Shown here piece after piece: positions 1 to 10,007 of a stretch of 64,000 bases of DNA; positions within the stretch are counted from its first letter, which is position 1, and each line of letters begins with the position of its first letter. The position numbers were made by a program, and so were the translations under genes. Under the pieces are notes generated by a model. It ran no database searches and had not been told where the DNA came from. It worked only from the letters and a program-made list of their open reading frames with translations. The stretch is from a virus, in the IMG/VR virus record IMGVR_UViG_3300031774_000005, positions 1 to 64,000 of that record; one strand, 5' to 3'.

Positions 1-238
1 TCCTCAATTTGATGACGATTCTAAAAAGGCGGAGAAATCAAAGAGTAATTTGCCCGATGAAGCAATAGAAAAAGTCACTCAACAATTAAAAGATGCATTT
101 GAAGGAATAGACCATGAGTTAATGATTAGCATTATATCTCCAACAGGTATAAAACCTGCCATGACTCAAAAAGAATTAGTTGATAGACTAACTAAAGAAA
201 CCATAAACCGCCTTAAGTCCGATAGATTATACAAGTGA
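1..238 (+). CDS. Hypothetical protein, 5' end probably outside the window
   Basis: Frame of ORF 50..238 is open back to the window start; stop lies just before the next gene. Confidence 0.6.
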   Translation, partial: PQFDDDSKKAEKSKSNLPDEAIEKVTQQLKDAFEGIDHELMISIISPTGIKPAMTQKELVDRLTKETINRLKSDRLYK

Positions 239-243
239 TATTT

Positions 244-507
244 ATGTCAAGTTGGGAGGATTTTTTGAAAGCCCGTTATTATGACGGTGCTATGCAAACT
301 AATCCCGAATTGATAGCACAACAATTACGACAAGATTTTAGCAAAGCCCCTTCATTACACAAGGCACTTAGTAATTTTATTCCCATATTAGAAGAGTATG
401 CTCTTAAAGATAAAGCAAGAGCAAGCCAATATAGGCAAATTGCTGATAATCTAAGGAAGGTGGCTTCCGATATTAAACAAATGATAACCGAATATGAGAG
501 GTCTTGA
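244..507 (+). CDS. Small accessory protein with N-terminal WEDFLK-A tag
   Basis: MSSWEDFLKA; overlaps the next gene. Confidence 0.7.
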   Translation: MSSWEDFLKARYYDGAMQTNPELIAQQLRQDFSKAPSLHKALSNFIPILEEYALKDKARASQYRQIADNLRKVASDIKQMITEYERS

Positions 508-1876
508 TTTGTTTAAAGAAATGTCTAAAGAAGAACTCCAACAACTATGGAGCGAGACAATGGGAGATAAACCATTTCCTATGAACAGGTCGGAAAACTC
601 CCCTTTGGATTCTTTTTATCCGATTGATAATTTTATAGTTTTTATGAAAGAAGGCAAACCTATTTCCGGACTTGGTTATTCTACAAGAGATGGGTTTAGT
701 CTTAGGGGCGGAGCATTTACTATTCCCGAAGAAAGAAATTCGGGGGTTTATAAAAAAGTAGCAAGTGAAGCAGATAGAATAATCCCTACTCCTTCTATTG
801 CAGGTTTTTCTTCATCTAATATTGATTCGGAAGAATGGAATGAAAAGGCAAAAGGTAGGGGTTGGATGATTAAACCCACTGATGAAGAGTTAGGAGAGTA
901 TGCAGATAATCCAACAATTAAAGCATTCAAAGATTATTATGATAATCACCCAAAGGGGGCATCTTGGGGAGTCAAAGGATTATCTTTGAAAAAGTGGTTT
1001 AGTATTCTTAAGTCATATAGAATGGAAATGGGTTCAGCAGGGTTTAATGTTCTCGATGCTTCGGGTAAAGTTTTGAATTACAAAGGACTTAGCCGTTCAC
1101 AAGCAAAGACTTTTATTACAGAATTACAAGAAGGAAAAGATGTAAGCAGGTTCACTACAAAACCTCGTAAATCTATTAGGGGCAATTGGTTTAATCAATT
1201 GAAAAAAATTGACCCTAATAGTGGTGGTTATGTGAAGTTGCCAATGAGCGATATTGACGAACAACAGGTAGAAACTCCTTTTATGATTAACATAGTTGAT
1301 GGTGTTGCTATTCTTTTTAATGCTCATTATCATTATAGATATTCTCAAAGAAGAAATACCGGACTAACTATTATGGATAATACAATAGCAAGAAAATTTA
1401 TTGCTCTTGAGCCTGTTTTAGAAGGTTGGAGTTATATTGATGATGATTCTAAAAACCATTCTCATGTTATGTTTGATAGATTGAATAGCCCAACTGATGT
1501 TATTAAAAGAACTAATCCTAAAAAAACTATTGGCGACATAAGAAATCCCGAAACGGGAGAACCAATTACCGAAGCAGTTGTGTTTCATCATATTAATGAC
1601 GGCCATGATTCACCGGATAAAGAAAAGAAAAGAGATATATTTTATTTTAAGAATGAAGGTATTAAACCAAATCATAAGCAAAAGTTGGGTGTGTCTCAAA
1701 AGAAAAGAACAGATAAAGATAAGCCGAAAGAATTAGTTGTTAATCCTCGACAACCCAAAGAAGAAAAACCGAAAGAAGAAAAACCAAAGAAAGAATTAAC
1801 AGGAAAGCCACCCGAACAAAAACTTCCGCCTCCCCCTAAAAAGAAAAGAAGGCCAAATAGACAAAGAAGGTGGTAA
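494..1876 (+). CDS. Multidomain accessory protein: GNAT-like N-terminal domain, two internal WFxxLK motifs, K/P/R-rich tail
   Basis: GGAFTIPEERNSGVY resembles GNAT motif A; WFSILK at 995-1012 and WFNQLK at 1187-1204; PKEEK repeats. Confidence 0.6.
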   Translation: MRGLDLFKEMSKEELQQLWSETMGDKPFPMNRSENSPLDSFYPIDNFIVFMKEGKPISGLGYSTRDGFSLRGGAFTIPEERNSGVYKKVASEADRIIPTPSIAGFSSSNIDSEEWNEKAKGRGWMIKPTDEELGEYADNPTIKAFKDYYDNHPKGASWGVKGLSLKKWFSILKSYRMEMGSAGFNVLDASGKVLNYKGLSRSQAKTFITELQEGKDVSRFTTKPRKSIRGNWFNQLKKIDPNSGGYVKLPMSDIDEQQVETPFMINIVDGVAILFNAHYHYRYSQRRNTGLTIMDNTIARKFIALEPVLEGWSYIDDDSKNHSHVMFDRLNSPTDVIKRTNPKKTIGDIRNPETGEPITEAVVFHHINDGHDSPDKEKKRDIFYFKNEGIKPNHKQKLGVSQKKRTDKDKPKELVVNPRQPKEEKPKEEKPKKELTGKPPEQKLPPPPKKKRRPNRQRRW

Positions 1877-1878
1877 TT

Positions 1879-3312
1879 ATGGAAGAATTAGAAGCATTTA
1901 ATTTTGAACATGAAATGGATATGAAATTATCCAAAAACTCTTTTCCTTATTTTTTTCAAAATGTATTAGGTTTTGATTTTCCTCCATACATACAAGAATG
2001 GCATGAATTAATGAACTCTACTCAAAGAACTGTAATTATTTGTTCAAGAGACCACGGAAAATCTGTTTTTATGCATAGTTGGGTTGTTTGGAAATTAATC
2101 TTTGAAAAGCCACCATATCAAATGCTTTATATTTCTTCTAACCAAAAGCAGACTTTAGTTCACATGAGAGACATTGATAAGATGTTCACTCATCCTATGC
2201 TTAAAAAGTATAAACCCGCAAGAGGTTGGGCTATTGGTAATATTACTTTAACTAACGGTAATCAAATCTTAGAGCGTTCCGTTGGTTCACAGATTAGAGG
2301 ACTTCACCCTCAAGAGATTATTATTGACGACCCTTTGAAAGAGTTTAGTATGACAGGTATTCAAAAAGTCACAGATTGGTTTTATGGTGACATGATACCA
2401 ACACTTCACCACACCGCTTCTCTAAGAGTTATTGGAACTCCATTTAGTTATACAGATATATACCAACAGTTAGCAGAAAATCCTGCATATACTGTCAATA
2501 CTTATCCTTGTTTTAATGCGTTAAATGAACCCTTATGGCCGGAAAGATGGAACTATGATGCACTAATGGCTCGTAAAGCGGAAGTCGGTTCTTTGATGTT
2601 CACAAGAGAATATATGTGTGTTCCTATTTCAACGGGAACATCTTTGTTTAACCCCGAACATTTGGATAATGCCAAGAATAAAGACTTAATATTGAAGCCC
2701 TTAAAGAGAGAAGGCTACAAATACTTCGTCGGTGTAGACCCTGCTATTTCTACTGATGGAGATTACAATGTAATTACTGTAATAGAAATGGATGCAGAAG
2801 AAAATAAATCAATTATTTATATTGACCGAGCCAAGAATGTTCAATTTAGAGAAAACATACAGAAGGTCAAACTTATCGGTCAAATATTTAGACCCGAAGT
2901 TATTTTATTTGAAACAAACACATTCGCTAAGTCATTTACTCAAGAGTTGAGACAAGTGGCTGATTTAAATGTCCATGACTTTAATACAACAAGGAGAAAG
3001 AAGCAGGAGATTATTCTTAATCTACAAATGACTCTTGAAAATGGAAAACTAAATTTTCCTTATGGGAATGAAGAGAGCAGAAAAGTCTCTTCTATATTAA
3101 TTGAAGAACTGTCTATGTTTGCTATTACTGAAAGAGGCAAGTTTGAAGGAATAGGGGCGCACGACGATATGGTTATGAGTTTAGCATTAGCAAATGCCGC
3201 AACATACCAAGCCAACGATAACTTCATACTATTAGATGATTTAGGGCTATTTAATGAAACTCCTAATGATGGGAGAAAGCCTGTTAGAAATGCAATAGGA
3301 TTAAATTTTTGA
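1879..3312 (+). CDS. terL: Terminase large subunit
   Basis: SRDHGKS Walker A, IIIDD Walker B, GTP coupling motif, GVDPA and HDD nuclease motifs. Confidence 0.93.
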   Translation: MEELEAFNFEHEMDMKLSKNSFPYFFQNVLGFDFPPYIQEWHELMNSTQRTVIICSRDHGKSVFMHSWVVWKLIFEKPPYQMLYISSNQKQTLVHMRDIDKMFTHPMLKKYKPARGWAIGNITLTNGNQILERSVGSQIRGLHPQEIIIDDPLKEFSMTGIQKVTDWFYGDMIPTLHHTASLRVIGTPFSYTDIYQQLAENPAYTVNTYPCFNALNEPLWPERWNYDALMARKAEVGSLMFTREYMCVPISTGTSLFNPEHLDNAKNKDLILKPLKREGYKYFVGVDPAISTDGDYNVITVIEMDAEENKSIIYIDRAKNVQFRENIQKVKLIGQIFRPEVILFETNTFAKSFTQELRQVADLNVHDFNTTRRKKQEIILNLQMTLENGKLNFPYGNEESRKVSSILIEELSMFAITERGKFEGIGAHDDMVMSLALANAATYQANDNFILLDDLGLFNETPNDGRKPVRNAIGLNF

Positions 3313-3321
3313 GGTTTTATT

Positions 3322-3714
3322 ATGGGTTGGTTTAGTATTTTAAAAATAGGAAATACCTATCCTTCACCAAAATATACAACCTTTATGGTTCATGATAATG
3401 TTTGGAATAGTGCTAATATGATTAATAATGTTGGTGGTATTAGAGAATTAGAAATGTCTTTAGGTAGAGAATTAACCGAGAAAGATTTTACCGATGCTCC
3501 TGTTAATTGGTCTAATAAATATTGGAATGAATGGAGGGCAAAAAACGCTACTCCTGATGAAATAAATGCAGATAGTGATTCCATAAAAAGAAAAAAAGAA
3601 ATATTAGGCGAAGAAGGAAGAAAAAAATTAGCAAGAAGTTATTTGAATAACGATAGACCAAACAAATATCCGGATAGAATAAAAGAAGCAGAAAGAATAT
3701 TGGGGGTCGTGTGA
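3322..3714 (+). CDS. Accessory protein with WFSILK tag
   Basis: MGWFSILK; body MVHDNVW...LGRELTEKDFTDAPVN resembles a phage hypothetical family. Confidence 0.7.
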   Translation: MGWFSILKIGNTYPSPKYTTFMVHDNVWNSANMINNVGGIRELEMSLGRELTEKDFTDAPVNWSNKYWNEWRAKNATPDEINADSDSIKRKKEILGEEGRKKLARSYLNNDRPNKYPDRIKEAERILGVV

Positions 3715-3715
3715 A

Positions 3716-5092
3716 ATGTCGGAAGCAGGGGATAAAGTTAGAGAAACAATGAGGCAGATGGGAGAGTTAGCCAACATTGAAGATAAAAAAGCAAAGACAC
3801 AAGAAGAAATAAAAAGACTTAGTGCAGAAAAAAATGAAGAAGTGCAAGCAAGTCTCTTTACAAATACTCATGTTCTATCCGAGCATGAGGAAATAACAAA
3901 ACTTGCAGACCATCTTAACATAAATGCAACAGAAGCAAGAAAACAATTAGATAATTTTCCTAATGAATATTTAGTCCAAGAACATACTATTCCCGATGTA
4001 GTAAGAAAAATGAGAAAGGCTCGCAGGGCTTTGAAAGGTGAACAAAGAATCAAAATGTCAAAGGCGATTGATACAATGATTGATGCTTATGCCGACCATT
4101 TACAAAAGTGCATTGGGTCAATAACATGGTTAAACGATTATACAATTCCTTTATCTAAAATGAGATACAATGAAAAAGATTTAGTTAAACTAAATAAAAT
4201 GAAAAGTAGTGAATTAAGAAGAGAAACAATTGATGCTCTTTGTAAATATTGGGAAGCAGAATTAGAACAAAAAGATATGGCTTATGGTAAAGAATATAGC
4301 GATTTATTTAAGACAATGAAAACTGCAAAGAAACAATTTAGAAATACAATAAATAAAATAACTAATCAATCTATTTCTAAAAGTAAAAAACAAAGACAAG
4401 AAGATTTTATTTTAAAAACTGTATGCGAAAATCCGGGTATTTCTGCTAAAGGAATACATGAAAGAATGCCGTCTCAACTGTTTAAAATATCAAGTCCTAA
4501 TAATATATCTAAAGTAATTAAAAAATTAGATATTGCTTCAAATGAGGGTTCTTATTATAAGATGCCATCTATGATTAAAAAGAATATTTGGGCTTATACT
4601 GCGGCTTTCATTGACTCCGATGGATATATTACATTAGACCGTAATATGAATCCAAGAGTGGGTTTAGTTGCCACAGGTGAAAGAGGCAAGGTGTTTATGA
4701 AAGAAATGCACAAATCATTAGGATTTGGCCGTATGCACTTAGACCAAAAATCCCCACAACAAACCCGCTTAATTAACAGACTTAATTTTTATTCTCAAGC
4801 AGATGTTAGCCAACTATTAACTAAGTGCCTACCACATTTTAGATTAAAGAAAGGTAATGCTAAATTATTATTAGAATTAATTCGTATGAAAAAAGCACAC
4901 AAGAAGGCCGATTGGTATAAAGGAAGATGTGATGAGATATTTAAGTTAATGAAATGGGAAAACCATAAAGACCATGTGGGTTTCGATTGGTTGAAAGAGG
5001 GAATTTATCTTGACAATATACAGAAATACAAAGACAACTGCAAAATGTCAGTCATGGATAGTTTAGAAACAGTAGGCGGTATTCTTGTTTAG
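3716..5092 (+). CDS. Helical/wHTH protein with C-terminal LAGLIDADG domain
   Basis: YTAAFIDSDGYI LAGLIDADG helix followed by typical beta strands and LPHFRLKK; N-terminal ~290 aa helical, including a wHTH-like segment. Confidence 0.75.
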   Translation: MSEAGDKVRETMRQMGELANIEDKKAKTQEEIKRLSAEKNEEVQASLFTNTHVLSEHEEITKLADHLNINATEARKQLDNFPNEYLVQEHTIPDVVRKMRKARRALKGEQRIKMSKAIDTMIDAYADHLQKCIGSITWLNDYTIPLSKMRYNEKDLVKLNKMKSSELRRETIDALCKYWEAELEQKDMAYGKEYSDLFKTMKTAKKQFRNTINKITNQSISKSKKQRQEDFILKTVCENPGISAKGIHERMPSQLFKISSPNNISKVIKKLDIASNEGSYYKMPSMIKKNIWAYTAAFIDSDGYITLDRNMNPRVGLVATGERGKVFMKEMHKSLGFGRMHLDQKSPQQTRLINRLNFYSQADVSQLLTKCLPHFRLKKGNAKLLLELIRMKKAHKKADWYKGRCDEIFKLMKWENHKDHVGFDWLKEGIYLDNIQKYKDNCKMSVMDSLETVGGILV

Positions 5093-5201
5093 ATACTGCG
5101 GGGATTGCTATTCAACAGAAAAGGTTTATCCATTTGGGTTATGTAAAAAGTGCTGGATAAAGTATGGAAAACCTAAAGCCATGCAAGTAATAGAGGAATA
5201 A
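5085..5201 (+). CDS. 38-aa zinc-finger microprotein (not in ORF track)
   Basis: TTG start after AGGCGGT; MFRYCGDCYSTEKVYPFGLCKKCWIKYGKPKAMQVIEE. Confidence 0.6.
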   Translation: MFRYCGDCYSTEKVYPFGLCKKCWIKYGKPKAMQVIEE

Positions 5202-5203
5202 TT

Positions 5204-5452
5204 ATGATTATGAAAAGCATGTCTTGGCAAGAATTAAAAACAGGAATACTCAATGATGAGTTGCCTAAAGATAGAAGCAAATATGTTAGGTATAGCAATC
5301 TTGCTTCTATTAATAAAAAAATGGTTGTCTATTATCTACGCTCCGGTTTTAAGAAGCCCGAAAATAGAAGTAAATTCCTGCGTGGTATTTTAGATGAAAT
5401 GCTCCGTTCAAGTAATGAAAGGTATGACATTGAAGATGCTTCTAAACGGTGA
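5204..5452 (+). CDS. Hypothetical protein
   Basis: 82-aa ORF with GAGG RBS; N-terminus IMKSMSWQELK. Confidence 0.65.
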   Translation: MIMKSMSWQELKTGILNDELPKDRSKYVRYSNLASINKKMVVYYLRSGFKKPENRSKFLRGILDEMLRSSNERYDIEDASKR

Positions 5453-5506
5453 TAGCGAAGGCTTGATAACTGATAGGAGTCCTGCAATAATTCAAGGGGT
5501 ATAATT

Positions 5507-7147
5507 ATGGTTGAGCAAAAAAGAAGATTTAGCCTAACCAACCTGTTTAGGCGTTCTACTCCTAAACCTGCGGATAGAACCGTATTTAATATGGGAATCC
5601 AAGAAAGGGAAACACATCACATGATGAATGGCCCGATTATTTACAATATTGTTAATCAATCAGTTATTGCGAGAACCTGTATTACTCAATTGAAACAAGA
5701 AGTTTTTCGTAGAGGCTACATTTGGGAAAAAGCATTTGAAGCCCGATGTGAGGATTGTAAAAAGGAACATACAAGACCTGTTCAAGAATGCTCAAGATGC
5801 AAAAGCACAAACTTAACACTTCCTAATATAGAACAATTAGAGTATGCTGAAAAATTCTTAGAAGGATATGTCAATAAATCGGAACAACTTTTTATTGATG
5901 TATTGCAGGAATTAGAAGATGATTTGAATATTATGGATGATGCCTATATTGTTTTGGTAAAAGAATACTTTTTAGATGGTAATGGTAAAATTAGAATGCA
6001 CCGTATTAAAGAATTATATCGTGGCGACCCTGTGACTATGTTTATTTATTCCGATGAGTTAGGACAAAGGGGAACAAAAGGATTTACTTGCGTTAATCAT
6101 AGGCAGATGATTTACAAAGACCCACATGAACCTTGCGAGCATTGTGGAGCAAATACTTTTCCTGTGCATTATGTAAATAGAGTCAATGGAGAAGACCAAC
6201 ATTTCCTAAAAGGAGAAGTTTTGCATTTTAGTAAATACAGTCCATCAAGACTTTATGGTATGTCTCCTGTAATTACTTTATTTAATAATATTATGACTCT
6301 TATTGCTATGGAAAATTATGTCAATTCTTCATATACCAAGAGCAGAATGCCAAAAGGAATACTTGCAGTTCAAACAAGAAATATGGATTCAATGAAATCT
6401 TTTTGGAGAGCAGTAAAAGAAAAAATGGAAGCCGACCCACATTTTATTCCTGTTATGGGTATTGAAGCCGAGAATGGTAAAGGTGCGGTTGAGTGGGTTA
6501 AGTTTATGGATAGTCTAAAAGAAATGGATTATGTTTCTGTTAAAGATGATTTAAGAGATAGAATATCAGCCTTTTATGGAGTAAGTAAAGTTTTCATGGC
6601 TGATAATACTACAAGCGGTGGATTAAACAATGAAGGTATGCAAATACTTGTCACTAATAGAGCAGTTCAAAAAGCACAAACTGTCTATAATAATTATGTA
6701 TTCCCATTCCTCATAAAACAATTTGGAATTACTGATTGGAATTTAAAACTTCCACCAAGCGAAGAAGAAGATGAAATAGCAGTATTAAGGAAGAGAGAGT
6801 TAGAAGTAAATATTGCGGCCTCTACTAAAAATTTAGGATTTGAAGTTGATATGGATGAAGATGGAAACTTTACCTTTACTAAACCTGAACCGGAAGAATC
6901 AAAAGAAGGTGAAGGTGGAGAAGAACAAGTTGAAACAGACCCTTATGCCGGAACTAATATAGATGCCTCCCAATTAGGACAAATGCAGGAGCAAGCATTA
7001 CAGGGCGGAAGTAAGCCACAAGCAAATCCAGCAACAACAAGAAATAAACCATCTATGAATCAAGGGCCGGATAAAAGAATGTCAGGATTACCATTAGAAG
7101 CAGGAAACCAAAACAACGATAAAAGAACTGAAAGGAGGGTTAATTAA
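5507..7147 (+). CDS. Portal protein with two Zn-ribbon insertions
   Basis: Position after terL; HFSKYSPSRLYGMSPV, MPKG and RISAFYGV portal-like motifs; CEDC/CSRC and CVNH/CEHC. Confidence 0.85.
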   Translation: MVEQKRRFSLTNLFRRSTPKPADRTVFNMGIQERETHHMMNGPIIYNIVNQSVIARTCITQLKQEVFRRGYIWEKAFEARCEDCKKEHTRPVQECSRCKSTNLTLPNIEQLEYAEKFLEGYVNKSEQLFIDVLQELEDDLNIMDDAYIVLVKEYFLDGNGKIRMHRIKELYRGDPVTMFIYSDELGQRGTKGFTCVNHRQMIYKDPHEPCEHCGANTFPVHYVNRVNGEDQHFLKGEVLHFSKYSPSRLYGMSPVITLFNNIMTLIAMENYVNSSYTKSRMPKGILAVQTRNMDSMKSFWRAVKEKMEADPHFIPVMGIEAENGKGAVEWVKFMDSLKEMDYVSVKDDLRDRISAFYGVSKVFMADNTTSGGLNNEGMQILVTNRAVQKAQTVYNNYVFPFLIKQFGITDWNLKLPPSEEEDEIAVLRKRELEVNIAASTKNLGFEVDMDEDGNFTFTKPEPEESKEGEGGEEQVETDPYAGTNIDASQLGQMQEQALQGGSKPQANPATTRNKPSMNQGPDKRMSGLPLEAGNQNNDKRTERRVN

Positions 7148-7539
7148 TGAATTGGCTAAGTATTTTAAAGAATAAAAGAAGTTTCAAGGATTTGAGACAA
7201 TTAAGAGAAGAAGGCGTTAGAGAAGGAAAACAAAGAAGAAAGTCTCCAACTCCTATGTCGGGTGGCGACCCCCAACCAAATAAAAGGAGACATACTCAAG
7301 CAATAGCGGGAGGAACAGAAGGTGGATTTTATGGTGATGAAAAAGAACCGTTTGATGAAACCGAAGAAGATAGATACACAAGACAATCTTTAGCAAATTC
7401 AACTCTTTTTGACCTAAAAGATAAGGTTAGAAGTATGTTAGATAATTTAACGCAAGATGAACTGATTGATATTTTAATTGCTTCTCAAGGAGAAGTAGGA
7501 ATTTTGGGAATTAAACTCGCAAACAGGAGAGGAAAGTAA
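7147..7539 (+). CDS. Accessory protein with WLSILK tag
   Basis: MNWLSILK; TAATG overlap with portal. Confidence 0.7.
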   Translation: MNWLSILKNKRSFKDLRQLREEGVREGKQRRKSPTPMSGGDPQPNKRRHTQAIAGGTEGGFYGDEKEPFDETEEDRYTRQSLANSTLFDLKDKVRSMLDNLTQDELIDILIASQGEVGILGIKLANRRGK

Positions 7540-7763
7540 TGACAGAAGATTTAAGACAAAAACAAATAAGACTAACAAAGGAGTTAGCACAAGTAAAGGC
7601 ATTGACCGCACAAGAAAATAATAAAGTAAAAAAGAATAGGGATATGTCGGTAGGACTACCAACAGATACTACGCATAAAGCAAGGCCGGAATCAAACGGT
7701 AATCCCGATGTTATTTTGTTGCCTTCTAAGAAAAGAAAGAGTTCGGAAAACATTCCATTTTAA
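7539..7763 (+). CDS. Hypothetical head-module protein
   Basis: Coupled 74-aa ORF with GGAG RBS. Confidence 0.65.
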   Translation: MTEDLRQKQIRLTKELAQVKALTAQENNKVKKNRDMSVGLPTDTTHKARPESNGNPDVILLPSKKRKSSENIPF

Positions 7764-7772
7764 GGTGATTAA

Positions 7773-9401
7773 ATGATATTTGAATTATCTAAAGATAAGT
7801 CCTTGCTTCATGTATTAAGTAAGGTAGAGTTAGATGAAGACACTAAGGCTTTAGTGAAAGCAAAAGCGAGTCCTTCGGAAATAAAAAAATCTTTAGTTAA
7901 TAATCTTAATCCCTCTAATATGATTTCATATAGAAAATATATTAAAAAGGCAGAAGAAGAAGAGAAAGAAGACGACGACGAAACATACGGGTTCGCTGAT
8001 GATGAATCAGGAGAAGAAGAATCATTAGGAACTTCAAGTGAAGATTATCTAAGTAGTGAAGAAAGAGAGTCACGCTTAGAATCAGCAGAAATTGAATCCG
8101 ATATTCAATTGATGGAAGATGAAAAAGCCGCCTATAAATATTTAATTGAACTATCATCTAAACTTAAACCTCTTCAAGAAATAATGCAAAATGCAAGAGT
8201 TGAAGAACAAACTTTCAAGACGAGAAAGGCAGAAAAAAAGAAAGATGTCGTTGTTGGGGGAATGAAAAATTTCCTTAAAGTAAGTGGTAGCCAAGATAAC
8301 TCCATCAAAACACTACAAGATTTGAGAAGTATTAAAGCAGATAAAAATTATTTATTTACAGAATATGGTCGTTTATTGATTGAAGGTGTTCTAAAAGGAA
8401 AGGATTTCAAAAGAGACAAGGAAACTCGACAATTTGAAATTAAGTTAAATGAAAAGAAAAACATTGATGTAAAGCAATTACAAGATGATTTTGTTGCGCT
8501 ATTGTCTCAAGATATTGAAGGTAAAGATATTCTTGATATTATGAAAATGTTGCATCAACAACAATACGGTAGAACGCCAAAAACAATGCAGAATAGAGGC
8601 CAAAGAGCAAGAGAATTACGAGGCATGATGATGTTTGCTCAAGGAAAAAGCCAAAAAGTTCAAAGAGAATATAAGGCAATCAAAGATGATATAAAGGAAC
8701 TTAGAGACGAGGCAACTAAAATAAGAAATAAAAAAGAGTTTGTTGAAGAAACAATTCAAAAAATAGAAGAAATAATGCAAGACCCTGAAAAAATAGTTCT
8801 TGAGAAAATTAAAAGATTAAGACGGGGAATTATGACATTAATTAATTCCGCAGGAACAAAGCCTGAAGAAGTTAAAAAATTAATGGATAGAATTAAAGAA
8901 ATGGATAACAATAAAGAAAAATATATCAAAGAAGCCACAAGAGAAATCCAAGAAGATTTAGAGACTGAACAGGCTAAACTACAACACTACATGATTACTT
9001 TAAATGTGGCTGATAGACTCAAAGACCCTCTTAGTGGCTTTATAAGAATAGTTAATATGTTCCAAGAAAACGACCCAATAGACGCTCTTAAAAGAAAAAT
9101 AACAAGAGCCGGAAATATTGTTGTTAAATTATTTAACCAAGCAAAGGGGATAGAAATATTTGCTTCTCGTAAAGAAGATGGGATTGAGGGAGGCATAAGT
9201 GCCTATTTAACAGATAACCCCAAAGTCAAACTAACTCTTGATGCAGAAGGATTAGAGTTTGATGGCCTTCCAACAATTGATGCAGAAGCAGTTAGAAGAA
9301 TGGGAGAATTTGAAGATAAATTTAATGTTAAAGTTGATGAATTACAAGAGATTGTAAATCAACTAAATCACATGATAGACGGAAAGGGTGAAGAAGAATG
9401 A
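7773..9401 (+). CDS. Coiled-coil head-module protein (possible internal/core protein)
   Basis: 542 aa, K/E-rich helical with an acidic tract; AGGTGA RBS; LVKA, IKKS, IKKA motifs near N-terminus. Confidence 0.65.
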   Translation: MIFELSKDKSLLHVLSKVELDEDTKALVKAKASPSEIKKSLVNNLNPSNMISYRKYIKKAEEEEKEDDDETYGFADDESGEEESLGTSSEDYLSSEERESRLESAEIESDIQLMEDEKAAYKYLIELSSKLKPLQEIMQNARVEEQTFKTRKAEKKKDVVVGGMKNFLKVSGSQDNSIKTLQDLRSIKADKNYLFTEYGRLLIEGVLKGKDFKRDKETRQFEIKLNEKKNIDVKQLQDDFVALLSQDIEGKDILDIMKMLHQQQYGRTPKTMQNRGQRARELRGMMMFAQGKSQKVQREYKAIKDDIKELRDEATKIRNKKEFVEETIQKIEEIMQDPEKIVLEKIKRLRRGIMTLINSAGTKPEEVKKLMDRIKEMDNNKEKYIKEATREIQEDLETEQAKLQHYMITLNVADRLKDPLSGFIRIVNMFQENDPIDALKRKITRAGNIVVKLFNQAKGIEIFASRKEDGIEGGISAYLTDNPKVKLTLDAEGLEFDGLPTIDAEAVRRMGEFEDKFNVKVDELQEIVNQLNHMIDGKGEEE

Positions 9402-9766
9402 CATGGGATTTTTACGGTGAAGGAGAAGATTTTATCCTAAAGGCTGAAAAGCAAGAGCCAAAAGAAGTTCTTGATTCATTAGATTCTAAAGGCAGAAAGA
9501 AACTCAAAAAGACACTACAAGCGGCTGAACCAACAGAATTTTTTGGACAGGACTTTACTAAGTTAGGAGAATTAATTTCAACTCTTAGAGAATTAGATTT
9601 AACTAAGTCCGATAAAGTCTTAAACAAGAAAATGAAATCAATGGATGAGCGCAACATTGATATTGTGGCTACCGCTACCAAACTTCGTAAAGAGTATGAA
9701 CTTCTATATAGACAATTAAGAGACATTGTTTATCCAACAGGAGGAAAGAAGAATGACAAAAAATAA
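9398..9766 (+). CDS. Hypothetical head-module protein
   Basis: MTWDFYGEGEDFILKA; ATGA overlap. Confidence 0.7.
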   Translation: MTWDFYGEGEDFILKAEKQEPKEVLDSLDSKGRKKLKKTLQAAEPTEFFGQDFTKLGELISTLRELDLTKSDKVLNKKMKSMDERNIDIVATATKLRKEYELLYRQLRDIVYPTGGKKNDKK

Positions 9767-10007
9767 AACAATAAATGAAGAACTGCTAACAATAATTAAG
9801 GCTTTAACAAATAAAGTTGAAGAATTAGAAAGAACCGTATATTCAAAGGATAGTATTTTAAGAAAGGCCGGATTCGTTGTATCTAATAGCCCGACACCTG
9901 CTATTGATAATTCAATAGGTGGAGTTGGTGCATTACCAACAACAGATATTAGCAGCATGGATTGGTCGGAAATACACAAAATGGTAGAACAAGTGGAGGG
10001 AAACTAA
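9753..10007 (+). CDS. Mini-scaffold-like protein sharing the protease/scaffold C-terminal motif
   Basis: GGAGG RBS; N-terminal coiled coil; ends MDWSEIHKMV, compare MDWSDIHKMV of the protease. Confidence 0.7.
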   Translation: MTKNKTINEELLTIIKALTNKVEELERTVYSKDSILRKAGFVVSNSPTPAIDNSIGGVGALPTTDISSMDWSEIHKMVEQVEGN

